Under the pieces are notes generated by a model, which did no database searches, was not told the DNA's origin, and saw nothing but the letters and a program-made list of their open reading frames with translations. Below, piece after piece: positions 47,700 to 58,306 of a DNA stretch of 64,000 nucleotides. The stretch is from an uncultured Candidatus Saccharibacteria bacterium (GTDB lineage: Bacteria; Patescibacteriota; Minisyncoccia; SW-4-49-11). The DNA lies in NCBI GenBank assembly GCA_964633865.1, contig CAZWIJ010000004.1, positions 35,543 through 99,542 of the forward strand. The letters run 5' to 3'. The position numbers and the translations under genes are program-made. Each line of letters starts with the position of its first letter. Position 1 is the first letter of the stretch.

Positions 47700-48743
47700 T
47701 TACAATCCTTTTAATAATGAATACATAGGTCCTATAATAGAATAAGCCAATCCCAAAACTGCAAACCAAACTATAATCAGAATAGCTGGTTCTAATATGC
47801 TTGGAATAGATTTTGCTAATCTATACAATTCTTTCTCATATCTTATACCTATTTTTTGAAACACAGTTAAAAAACTTCCTGATTTTTCTGCAAATACAAT
47901 CATAGCAGGAACTTGATCAGGAAACAGCATTTCTGTTTCTGGAATAGATTTGATAACTTCATCCATTGTTTTTCCTTCATCTATTAAATCTATAACTTTT
48001 TGATAATACTCCTTATAATAATGATTATCAGAAACTCCTTTTAATAAAGTTAAAGCTTCTGTAAAAGGATATCCAGCATTTAGTAAGCTTCCTAACATAT
48101 ATCCCATTCTTGATGATTCTGCTGATATAACAATTTTTTTTATTAGCGGTGTAGATAATTGTATTCTCTCACCAATAAATTTAGTTTTCTTATTGAAAAA
48201 TAAAAAATAAAAAGCAATTAACATAAATAAAACTACAGCTGGAACAAAAATCATTCCCCACTTAGCAAAAAAATTTCCAATAGAAATTAAAATTTGTGTT
48301 TGAATTGGTATTTCAACTCTCAAAACTAAAAATGATTCTGTTAATTTTGGTAAAACAAACCACATAATTCCAAGCCCAACAAAGAAAGTTGTTAATAAAA
48401 CAAATACAGGATAGGTTAACACTGTAATAATTTTATTATTTAAAGAGAACCTTTTTTCTTCATTAATCAGAGCCAGTTTGAAATTTTCTTGTAGACTACC
48501 ACTTTCCTCGCCTATCTTAATAAGAGAAACCACATAATGTGGAAATATTTTATTTTTATCAAAAGACTCCCATAATAAATTTCCTTCTTCAACTAAACTA
48601 ACCACATTTTCAAAAGCTTTTTTTAAATCTTTATCTTTTATTTTTTTCGATACTTCTGAAATAGATTCTACTATAGATATCCCAGATTCAGACAAATTAT
48701 AAATATTTTCTAATGCATAAAATGCTTGTTTTTGATTTATCAT
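47700..48743 (-). CDS. pilC: type IV pilus / T2SS inner-membrane platform protein (PilC/GspF family)
   Basis: 347 aa. Two T2SSF-like domains with 3 TM segments. Directly downstream of pilB. Confidence 0.8.
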   Translation of the reverse strand: MINQKQAFYALENIYNLSESGISIVESISEVSKKIKDKDLKKAFENVVSLVEEGNLLWESFDKNKIFPHYVVSLIKIGEESGSLQENFKLALINEEKRFSLNNKIITVLTYPVFVLLTTFFVGLGIMWFVLPKLTESFLVLRVEIPIQTQILISIGNFFAKWGMIFVPAVVLFMLIAFYFLFFNKKTKFIGERIQLSTPLIKKIVISAESSRMGYMLGSLLNAGYPFTEALTLLKGVSDNHYYKEYYQKVIDLIDEGKTMDEVIKSIPETEMLFPDQVPAMIVFAEKSGSFLTVFQKIGIRYEKELYRLAKSIPSILEPAILIIVWFAVLGLAYSIIGPMYSLLKGL

Positions 48744-48747
48744 ATAT

Positions 48748-50445
48748 TTACTCTTTTAAAAATTTTTCTGGAATTTTTACAACTCTAACCAATTCTTCAA
48801 AGTTAGTAATTCCTTTTTTTACTTTATCCAATCCATCCTCAAACATAGATATATATTCTTCCTCATTTATAATTGACTGTACTGATTTTATATTCTCAGC
48901 TAAAGCATCTTTCATATCATGAGTAATAGCTAAAACTTCAAATACTGCTGTTCTTCCTTTATATCCAGTAAATCCACATTCTCTACACCCTTTGCCATTA
49001 AAGACATTTATTTTAGTTTTTGGAAAAACTTTAAATATACCCGGAACAATCTTTTTTAACTCCGCAATAGACATTTCTTTACTATATTTACAATGAGGAC
49101 AAATAGTTCTAATTAGTCTTTGAGAAATAATTAAATCTATAGTAGATGAAAGTAAAAATGGCTCTATGCCCATGTCATAAAGTCTAGGTAAAGTAGATAT
49201 AGCATCATTTGCATGAAATGTAGATAAAACTAAATGACCAGTTAAAGCAGAGTTGACCGCAATTTCAGCTGTTTCATTATCTCTTATTTCACCAACTAAA
49301 ATAACATCTGGATCTTGTCTAACAATCGATCTTAAAGCTTTAGCAAAAGTTATATTTTTTTGCTCATTTACTTGAATTTGATTTACTCTGTCTATTCTAT
49401 ATTCTACGGGATCTTCAATAGTAGTAATATTGACTTTAGTATCAATCAAATCTCTAATAGCAGCATATAGAGTTGTTGTTTTTCCTGACCCTGTAGGACC
49501 ACTTACTAAAATTAGCCCGAAAGGATTTTTTAGATTATCATTAATTAATTTAAAAGCTTTATCAGATAAACCTATAGAATCTAAACCTAAATCACTTACA
49601 TACCTAAATAGGATTCTAACAACAACTTTTTCACCATCCATAACTGGAGCAACCGAGATTCTCATATCAACCGTTGTGTTTTTTTTAGTCAAATACCTGA
49701 TTGAACCATCCTGAGTTTCAAAATGCTCATCAAGTCTTAATTTAGAAAGTACTTTTAATCTGTTAACAATATTCTCATAAAAATTTTTAGGCAGAATACC
49801 AATATCATGCAAAACTCCATCTATACGAAATCTAATAACAACATCTTCCGAAAATGGTTCAAAATGTATATCAGAAGCTTTTTGAGCAAGAGCATCTTCA
49901 AATATTTCTTTCACTATGTCAGGAACAACTTGCTCTCCTTTTGATACAATTTCAGATATTCTGTCAGAAAAATTATTTTTATATAATAAAAAGGAATCTT
50001 CTATTGAATTTGGCAAAGAATAACCTAATTTAACTTCTTTATCAGGGAAAATTTCTTTTATTATAGAAATTAACTTTTCATCAGGATTACTAGTGGCCAC
50101 AAATATTTCCATCTTACTCTCTGCAAAAGGGACTATTTTATATTTATTAGCTATGTCATAATTTATTTTTTTTACTAAATCTGTACTTGGAGGAAATGAT
50201 TTTAGATCAAATAAATTTAGAGAATAAAACTCAGACATAGCCTGACCAACAAGGTCTGATGTTACTATATTAGAAGATATTAATATAGTATAAGCTTCAT
50301 CAAAACTTTTATCAGAGAAATCTACCTGTAAATCATCAATATCATCTTGCTCAATATAATTTTGTTTAACAATGATATTAACAAGGTCTAGACCTGTTAT
50401 CTCTTTAATTTCTATTTCTTTATTTTTAAAAATTGGATTTTGCAT
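48748..50445 (-). CDS. pilB: type IV pilus assembly ATPase (PilB/GspE family)
   Basis: 565 aa. Walker A SGPTGSGKTTTL, Asp box, Walker B ILVGEIRD, His box LVLSTFHAN, tetracysteine CPHC...CREC motif. Confidence 0.85.
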   Translation of the reverse strand: MQNPIFKNKEIEIKEITGLDLVNIIVKQNYIEQDDIDDLQVDFSDKSFDEAYTILISSNIVTSDLVGQAMSEFYSLNLFDLKSFPPSTDLVKKINYDIANKYKIVPFAESKMEIFVATSNPDEKLISIIKEIFPDKEVKLGYSLPNSIEDSFLLYKNNFSDRISEIVSKGEQVVPDIVKEIFEDALAQKASDIHFEPFSEDVVIRFRIDGVLHDIGILPKNFYENIVNRLKVLSKLRLDEHFETQDGSIRYLTKKNTTVDMRISVAPVMDGEKVVVRILFRYVSDLGLDSIGLSDKAFKLINDNLKNPFGLILVSGPTGSGKTTTLYAAIRDLIDTKVNITTIEDPVEYRIDRVNQIQVNEQKNITFAKALRSIVRQDPDVILVGEIRDNETAEIAVNSALTGHLVLSTFHANDAISTLPRLYDMGIEPFLLSSTIDLIISQRLIRTICPHCKYSKEMSIAELKKIVPGIFKVFPKTKINVFNGKGCRECGFTGYKGRTAVFEVLAITHDMKDALAENIKSVQSIINEEEYISMFEDGLDKVKKGITNFEELVRVVKIPEKFLKE

Positions 50446-50494
50446 ATATTTTAGTTATTTTTAATGGTTTTATTTATTATATCAAATTTTTTAT

Positions 50495-50887
50495 TTATTT
50501 ACTATCATATAAATAAAAGTTTACTATTTCTAATATTTTATTTAAAGGCATCTCCGATTTTATATAATAAGCTGTTGCCCCAAGATCTTTAACTCTTAAC
50601 TTGTCTTCTGGTTGACCTAGATTAGATAGAATAATAATAGGAATCTCTTTATTTTTTTGTCTAATAGCTTTTAGCACTCCAAATCCATCTATTTCTGGCA
50701 CAATTAAATCTAAAAGGACTATATGTATATTAGAATCAAACAAATTAATAGCCTCTCTTCCATTATAAGTTGTGAGAATATCATAACCTGCTGATCTTAA
50801 CTTTAATTCCAAAGCCTTAGCTAAAGGCTTTTCATCTTCACAAATCAAAATTTTTCTCTTATTATCTAATTTTTCTATTTTATCCAT
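50495..50887 (-). CDS. single-domain response regulator (CheY/PilH-like receiver)
   Basis: 130 aa. Receiver fold with phospho-acceptor Asp in VLLDLIVPEIDG. No output domain. First gene of the pilus operon. Confidence 0.75.
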   Translation of the reverse strand: MDKIEKLDNKRKILICEDEKPLAKALELKLRSAGYDILTTYNGREAINLFDSNIHIVLLDLIVPEIDGFGVLKAIRQKNKEIPIIILSNLGQPEDKLRVKDLGATAYYIKSEMPLNKILEIVNFYLYDSK

Positions 50888-51037
50888 TTTTATCCATATT
50901 TAAATTTATAATATATAATTTTTTAAAATACTTACTCATAATTATACATTAGAATAAACCAAAATACAATAAAAAATTATTTTATTTTATTATATTTTAT
51001 AGTATAATATATATATTAAAGATAATTTAAATATTTT

Positions 51038-51979
51038 ATGATATACGATACTATTATTATTGGTGGTGGTCCCACTGGAACTGCATCCGCTGTATATGCC
51101 GCAAGAAAACAAATGAAAACTTTATTAATAACAGAAAGCTTTGGAGGGCAATCTATCGTATCAAATGACATTGATAATTGGATTGGAGATATCAAATTAA
51201 CTGGATTTGAGCTTGCACAAAAATTTGAAAAACATGTTAAAGCTCAATCTAATATTGATATAATTGAAGGTGATTTAGCTAATAAAATCACAAAAATTGA
51301 TTCTGTTAAAAATTACCCTATCTATCAAGTAGACACAGAAAATGGAAAATCTTTTCAAGCAAAGACTTTGATTTTAGGTTTAGGAGCAAAGAGAAGAAAA
51401 TTAGGTTTAGAAAGAGAAGAAGAACTAACAGGAAAAGGAGTTGCTTATTGTGCTACTTGCGATGCTCCATTTTTCTCTAATGTTCCGGTTGGGGTTGTTG
51501 GTAGTGGGAACTCTGGATTAGAAAGTGCTTTAGATCTACTTAGCTATGCTTCAGAAGTATATCTTTTTAATAGAACTGAAAATATAAAAGGTGATCCTGA
51601 TAAAGTGGATAAACTTAATACCTATCCGAATTTCAAAGGATTTATCCATAATAGTCAAGTCTCTAAATTTATTGGGGAGACAAAATTAGAAAGTATAGAG
51701 TATACAAATTTAATCAATAATGAAGTAAAATCTTTACCATTACAAGGACTATTTATAGAAATTGGTTCAATTCCTAACTCAGAGATGGTAAAAGATTTAG
51801 TAAATATTAATTCTTATGGTGAAATTATAATAGATCACAAATATTCATCTACTTCAGCTCCTGGAATATTTGCTGCTGGAGATGTTACTGATGAAGCTTA
51901 TAAACAAAATAATATATCTGCTGGAGATGCTGTTAAAGCTACCTTATCAGCATATCATTATATCCATAATTTAAAGTAA
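51038..51979 (+). CDS. trxB: thioredoxin-disulfide reductase
   Basis: 313 aa. FAD motif IIIGGGPTGTASAVYAA, redox-active CATC (AYCATCDAPF), NADPH GxGxxG. Confidence 0.85.
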   Translation: MIYDTIIIGGGPTGTASAVYAARKQMKTLLITESFGGQSIVSNDIDNWIGDIKLTGFELAQKFEKHVKAQSNIDIIEGDLANKITKIDSVKNYPIYQVDTENGKSFQAKTLILGLGAKRRKLGLEREEELTGKGVAYCATCDAPFFSNVPVGVVGSGNSGLESALDLLSYASEVYLFNRTENIKGDPDKVDKLNTYPNFKGFIHNSQVSKFIGETKLESIEYTNLINNEVKSLPLQGLFIEIGSIPNSEMVKDLVNINSYGEIIIDHKYSSTSAPGIFAAGDVTDEAYKQNNISAGDAVKATLSAYHYIHNLK

Positions 51980-51984
51980 TCATC

Positions 51985-52512
51985 ATGTCAGGACATAATA
52001 AATGGTCTAAAATTAAGCATAAAAAGGCTATTACAGATAAGGCTAAAGGTCAAAATTTTACTAAAATTGCTAAAATGATCAAAATCGCAGCTAGGAAAGG
52101 TGTTGATCCTCAAAAAAATTCTGAACTAAGATTGTCTTTAGAAAAAGCAAAAGAAGTAAATATGCCGAAAGATAATATACAAAGAATACTTGATAAAGCA
52201 GATAAAAATGATGGGCAAGAAATATTATATGAAGCATTTGCTAATGATGGTGTAGGTTTATTAATAAAAGCTTATACTGATAATGTAAATAGAACTGTGG
52301 CAGAGTTAAGACATACTCTAACAAAAAATGGAGGTTCTCTTGGAAATCCAGGTACTGTTATGTGGATGTTTGAAGAAATTCTTTATCTCAATGACTATAA
52401 AGTTAAAATTCCTGTAAAGTTAACAGAAGAATCTAGACAAAAATTAGATTCTATAATTGATTCTCTGGAAGAATTAGATGATATAGAAAATATTTGGGAT
52501 AATGCAGAATAA
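51985..52512 (+). CDS. yebC: YebC/PmpR (TACO1) family protein, minimal 175-aa form
   Basis: N-terminus MSGHNKWSKIKHKKAITDKAKGQNFTKI and NRTVAELRH are near-identical to YebC signatures. Lacks the ~70-aa middle domain. Followed by ruvC as in many bacteria. Confidence 0.7.
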   Translation: MSGHNKWSKIKHKKAITDKAKGQNFTKIAKMIKIAARKGVDPQKNSELRLSLEKAKEVNMPKDNIQRILDKADKNDGQEILYEAFANDGVGLLIKAYTDNVNRTVAELRHTLTKNGGSLGNPGTVMWMFEEILYLNDYKVKIPVKLTEESRQKLDSIIDSLEELDDIENIWDNAE

Positions 52513-53017
52513 AGATAAATCACCTTATAGAATTTTAGGTATAGACCCTGGTACAGCCACAACTGGATTTGGGATTATTGATTGTGGAACAAGTAAAATT
52601 AATGACACTGTAGACTATGGTGTCATAAAAACTGAATCACATTTCTCAGATTCTCAAAGACTAAAAATAATCAATCAAAGCTTAGATGAAATTTTTGAGA
52701 AATACAAACCTAACATTGTAGCTGTAGAAAAATTATTTTTCTTTAGAAATACAACTACGATAATAACCGTTGCACAAGCAAGAGGAGTTATATTACTTAA
52801 TATGGAATTAAAAAATATTCCTTTATTTGAATTTACCCCCCTACAAGTCAAACAAGCTTTAACAGGTTATGGAAAAGCAACAAAAAAACAAATGCAAGAG
52901 ATGGTTATGAAAAATTTAAACTTAAAATCAATACCTAAGCCTGATGATGCAGCAGATGGACTTGCTTTAGCAATTTGCTGTCAATCTTCACTTTCTTATC
53001 TTTTAAAAACAAAATGA
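52502..53017 (+). CDS. ruvC: crossover junction endodeoxyribonuclease RuvC
   Basis: 171 aa. ILGIDPGTATTGFGII N-terminus (catalytic Asp). RNase H-like fold. Confidence 0.85.
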   Translation: MQNKDKSPYRILGIDPGTATTGFGIIDCGTSKINDTVDYGVIKTESHFSDSQRLKIINQSLDEIFEKYKPNIVAVEKLFFFRNTTTIITVAQARGVILLNMELKNIPLFEFTPLQVKQALTGYGKATKKQMQEMVMKNLNLKSIPKPDDAADGLALAICCQSSLSYLLKTK

Positions 53018-53020
53018 TAA

Positions 53021-53464
53021 TCAACCACTAACTTCTATCGATATATCTAATTCTGGATTAATTACATCCACCCAAATTTTATTATCCAAAATTCTTAATC
53101 TATATCCAGTTCCATCAATTTCATCTTCATCTAAAGGATCTTCTGGAATAGATTCAAAGTATTCACTCTTTAATAAAGATAAATCCAGATAACCTGAACA
53201 ATCTATCGCCTTATCATCACAAATTTCCTGATATTGATCAGTTATTCCAGCAGGGTATGATCCTTCTAATGATCTATATTTCAAAATTACGGAGATTATT
53301 TCTTGAACATCTAATCGTCTTTGATTATTTCTTTGTTTCTGTAATCTATTTGTACTATTAACCACAATTAATATTCCACCTAATAAAATACCAATAATTG
53401 AAATAGTTAATATCATTTCTAAAACTGTGAAAGCTGTTTTATTATTATTTATTTTTGTTCTCAT
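53021..53464 (-). CDS. type IV pilin-like protein (orphan paralog)
   Basis: 147 aa. KTAFTVLEMILTISIIGILLGGILIVV. Same conserved module (…YP.G…QEICD…IDC.G…DLSLL…IPEDP) as the 150-aa pilin and the giant proteins. Confidence 0.55.
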   Translation of the reverse strand: MRTKINNNKTAFTVLEMILTISIIGILLGGILIVVNSTNRLQKQRNNQRRLDVQEIISVILKYRSLEGSYPAGITDQYQEICDDKAIDCSGYLDLSLLKSEYFESIPEDPLDEDEIDGTGYRLRILDNKIWVDVINPELDISIEVSG

Positions 53465-53486
53465 AAGATATTAAATTTTATACTTA

Positions 53487-54773
53487 TTAATTTGACCTAA
53501 GTGCATTAATTGGATTTAGAAATGCTGCTTTTAATGCTGGATATAAACCTGATATAATACCAACAAGAATACTTCCTAATACTATATAAAGTGTTATTTT
53601 TATATCAAAATTAAAGAATTGTTCCAGCTCAAATCCAGAATTTTGAAGAGCAGATACAACATAAGGATCTCCTATTCTCATAGATACATATACTATCAAA
53701 AGACCTAAAGATCCTCCTAATAAACCAATAAATCCTGATTGAACTAAAAATATAAATAATATTTGCCAATTAGAAGCTCCCATAGATTTTATAATTCCAA
53801 TTTCTTTAGTTTGTTCATAAATACTCATTACCATTGTATTCATAATTCCAACTGAAGCAACTAATCCAGATACTAAACCAAATACTACCAAAACTAATGT
53901 AAATGCACTTAATATTTGATTAAAAAATCCTAATATATCATCAGCTGTAAATATAGAAGCAAAATTATAATCTGTCTCTAAAAATTCTTTAAACTCCACC
54001 ACCTTATCATTATTAACAGATATTCTCATCATATCATATCCAATATCTTGAATAAATTCTTCCTTAGAATCAAATCCACCTATATTAGCTAATATTTCTG
54101 CTGATTTATCTAATGAAATTATAAAGTCATTTTGATCTCTACCTGGATCATATACACCTTTGATAGTTAGTTCAAAACTTTTATTTAAAGTTTCTTTTGT
54201 TTTTATTGAACCAAAAGTACTAGTCTCAGCAGTATTTAAAGTTAATTTTTTACCAATCAAGTCTTCTGGATTTTCTATATTATATAATTTTGTAAAACTT
54301 ATTGAAACAAAAGCTTCGTCACCTTTAGGCATTTCTGTATTCCCATAAAATTCAGTAAAATAGCTATCTTTTCCATCTATATCCCAGCCAGAACCAAAAG
54401 ATGGTCTTAGAGGTTTATCATATCCTTCAATCTTTCCTTCAAGAGAAGTAATAACTGTCATAGGAGATATTTTTTCAACTTCTGATTTTTCTTTTAAAGT
54501 ATTAATTAAATCATCATTTATTTTAGTTAATGGTTTCTCTTCTTTTTCTTCTTCTCCAGCAGAACCAGTTACCAATGCTGCTCCAGCTGAATTACTAACA
54601 AAAACTTCATTTGGCTTAAATTGAGATTGGAATGAATTAGTAATAAGAGTTTGTAAATCTCTCATCCCAAAAATAATAAGTGATAATAATATAACTGCTA
54701 TTGTTATACCCAAACTAGTCAAGATTGTTCTTAGTTTTCTTCTTAGAACTAAAGATATTGCATATTGAAACAT
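53487..54773 (-). CDS. FtsX-like ABC transporter permease (MacB/LolCE family), no adjacent ATPase
   Basis: 428 aa. N-terminal TM, large extracytoplasmic domain, 3 C-terminal TM helices. Confidence 0.5.
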   Translation of the reverse strand: MFQYAISLVLRRKLRTILTSLGITIAVILLSLIIFGMRDLQTLITNSFQSQFKPNEVFVSNSAGAALVTGSAGEEEKEEKPLTKINDDLINTLKEKSEVEKISPMTVITSLEGKIEGYDKPLRPSFGSGWDIDGKDSYFTEFYGNTEMPKGDEAFVSISFTKLYNIENPEDLIGKKLTLNTAETSTFGSIKTKETLNKSFELTIKGVYDPGRDQNDFIISLDKSAEILANIGGFDSKEEFIQDIGYDMMRISVNNDKVVEFKEFLETDYNFASIFTADDILGFFNQILSAFTLVLVVFGLVSGLVASVGIMNTMVMSIYEQTKEIGIIKSMGASNWQILFIFLVQSGFIGLLGGSLGLLIVYVSMRIGDPYVVSALQNSGFELEQFFNFDIKITLYIVLGSILVGIISGLYPALKAAFLNPINALRSN

Positions 54774-54883
54774 ATTTTTAGATTATTATTTTTATAAATG
54801 CTTTTGTACATTTATATTATAGCATATTTTTATTTTTTATGTAAAATATATTAAATATCCTATTTACAAAATTATAGATCTTA

Positions 54884-54917
54884 AATAAAAAAGCATACTT
54901 ATTTTATTAAGTATGCT
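54884..54917 (-). terminator. rho-independent terminator of groESL
   Basis: Perfect 10-bp stem AGCATACTTA / TAAGTATGCT with 6-nt loop. Followed on the minus strand by TTTTTTATTT. Confidence 0.7.
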
Positions 54918-54944
54918 CCTCTTTTGTTATAAGATTAAAGAATC

Positions 54945-56600
<1,656 letters not shown>

Positions 56601-56607
56601 TTATAAT

Positions 56608-56895
56608 TTAGATTATTGCCAATAATTCTTCTTCTTTGGTAATAAGATATTCTTCTCCTTCCAAAGTAATTTCTGTAGGTCCATATTTTGAAAAAAGAAC
56701 TGTATCTCCAACTTTAACTTTAAGAGGCTTAATTTCACCATTAGATAAAATTTTTCCTTCTCCAACTGCAATAATTTCACCAATCTGTGGTCTTTCTTTA
56801 TCTACTGTTTCTGGTATATAAATTCCGCTCTCAGTTTTTTCTTTCTTGGCTTGTGGCTTTATTACCACTCTATCATATAGAGGCTTTATATTCAT
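56608..56895 (-). CDS. groES: co-chaperonin GroES
   Basis: 95 aa. MNIKPLYDRVVIK...SGIYIP. Confidence 0.9.
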   Translation of the reverse strand: MNIKPLYDRVVIKPQAKKEKTESGIYIPETVDKERPQIGEIIAVGEGKILSNGEIKPLKVKVGDTVLFSKYGPTEITLEGEEYLITKEEELLAII

Positions 56896-56925
56896 ATATT
56901 TAATCTTAATTATAATTATTAATTT

Positions 56926-56952
56926 TTAGCAGTCTATATATTATTCTGCTAA
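56926..56952. promoter_or_regulatory. CIRCE-like inverted repeat (putative HrcA operator)
   Basis: TTAGCAGTC-N9-TTCTGCTAA. CIRCE consensus is TTAGCACTC-N9-GAGTGCTAA. Lies between the groES promoter and the groES start. Confidence 0.55.
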
Positions 56953-56959
56953 TAACTAT

Positions 56960-56988
56960 ATTATAATCTATCAAAAAAATCTTGTCAA
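56960..56988 (-). promoter_or_regulatory. sigma70-type promoter of groESL
   Basis: Minus strand: exact TTGACA (plus 56983-56988), 17-nt spacer, exact TATAAT (plus 56960-56965). CIRCE begins 8 nt downstream of -10. Confidence 0.55.
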
Positions 56989-57165
56989 GTATTTTTATGT
57001 TGTGATTTCATATAAAAAGGAAGAGTATATTTCTATAATCTTTTCTAAAATTATCTAACTCTTAGTCCATATTCACAATTTATGTTTATTATAAATCTTA
57101 TACTTAAAAACTATTAAAAAATAACATGCTCTATACTTTTAATTAATTGTTACATTTATCATACT

Positions 57166-58281
57166 CTATTCTATAGATTTTCTTTTATAGGTATAAAACC
57201 AAGTTGATAAACCTAAAGCTAATATACCTGATAACCTTAATACTATAATTTCAAATTGAATATCCATTAAACCATTATTTCTAGTTAAAATAGATTCCAT
57301 AGCTTTAGTACTCCATTTGGTTGGAATAAAATCATTAAAAGCTAAGGTTTTACCAAATAATTTAAACTCCAAAGCAGAGTCAATTCCAACAATAAAAGAA
57401 CCTGATAAAAATCCTAAAATAATAGATAGAATATTTGCAGTATTATTAGATGACTCCATTTTATTGTAAAATGTACCAATAAGTATACCTATTCCGATAA
57501 CAAAAAACAATGTTAAGGAAGCTGGAATAAAGGCTAATAACAAATTTCCTGTAGGATTATATCCAAATACTTGAGCAGTAATATATAAAATAACCACCTG
57601 AATTAAACCAATTATTAAATAAAATAAAAAATTACCTAATACTAATTCAAAACTGGAAACTCTAGAATTATTATATCGGAAAATTTGGTTTTTCTCAGAA
57701 ATCTCAGTCCATTTTTGTGCTATTCCTGGCATTAAAATCAAAATCCCATAAACAATTAATCCAGGAGCTAATATATCAAAAGGATTTTTTACTTGCTGAG
57801 AAGTTTTGATTACTGTGCTAGTAATTGGAGAACTATTCTGAAAATAGATATTTGTTAATATTTCTTTAATGGTATTAGCTTTAATAGAATTTTCCAAATT
57901 ATTATCATTAAACATAACTTCAAATTGTGGTTGATTCATTTTTTCTGTTAATTTAATTCCTACTGTTATTTCTCCATCTTTGATTTTATCTTCTAATTCC
58001 TGTAAACTACCAAAATTCTTAACTTGGAATTCTAAATCTTCTGATTCTTTAGAAATTTCTTCAATATTTGTAACCAAATTTAGATTTTCTATCATATCTT
58101 TAGGGATATCGGGGTTAGTATAAACTCCTAAAGAAAAATCTAATTTATTTACCTGACTACCTAATAATAATCCAAATATACCCATAAAAACTATTGGTAA
58201 TATAAACATTATTCCTGTAGAATTAAAATTACGAAATATAGATTTAAAATTATAGATAAATATACTAAATATTGTTGACAT
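57166..58281 (-). CDS. ABC-2 type transporter permease
   Basis: 371 aa. N-terminal TM, large extracytoplasmic loop, ~5 C-terminal TM helices. Directly downstream of the ABC ATPase. Confidence 0.55.
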   Translation of the reverse strand: MSTIFSIFIYNFKSIFRNFNSTGIMFILPIVFMGIFGLLLGSQVNKLDFSLGVYTNPDIPKDMIENLNLVTNIEEISKESEDLEFQVKNFGSLQELEDKIKDGEITVGIKLTEKMNQPQFEVMFNDNNLENSIKANTIKEILTNIYFQNSSPITSTVIKTSQQVKNPFDILAPGLIVYGILILMPGIAQKWTEISEKNQIFRYNNSRVSSFELVLGNFLFYLIIGLIQVVILYITAQVFGYNPTGNLLLAFIPASLTLFFVIGIGILIGTFYNKMESSNNTANILSIILGFLSGSFIVGIDSALEFKLFGKTLAFNDFIPTKWSTKAMESILTRNNGLMDIQFEIIVLRLSGILALGLSTWFYTYKRKSIE

Positions 58282-58306
58282 AAATTTGTTAATTATTATT
58301 GTAATG

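Noticed and set aside
50888-51037. Defined divergent promoters between the pilus operon and trxB
   Set aside because: The region is almost pure A/T. Many hexamers resemble TATAAT and none pairs convincingly with a -35 at 16-18 nt. Not callable by eye.
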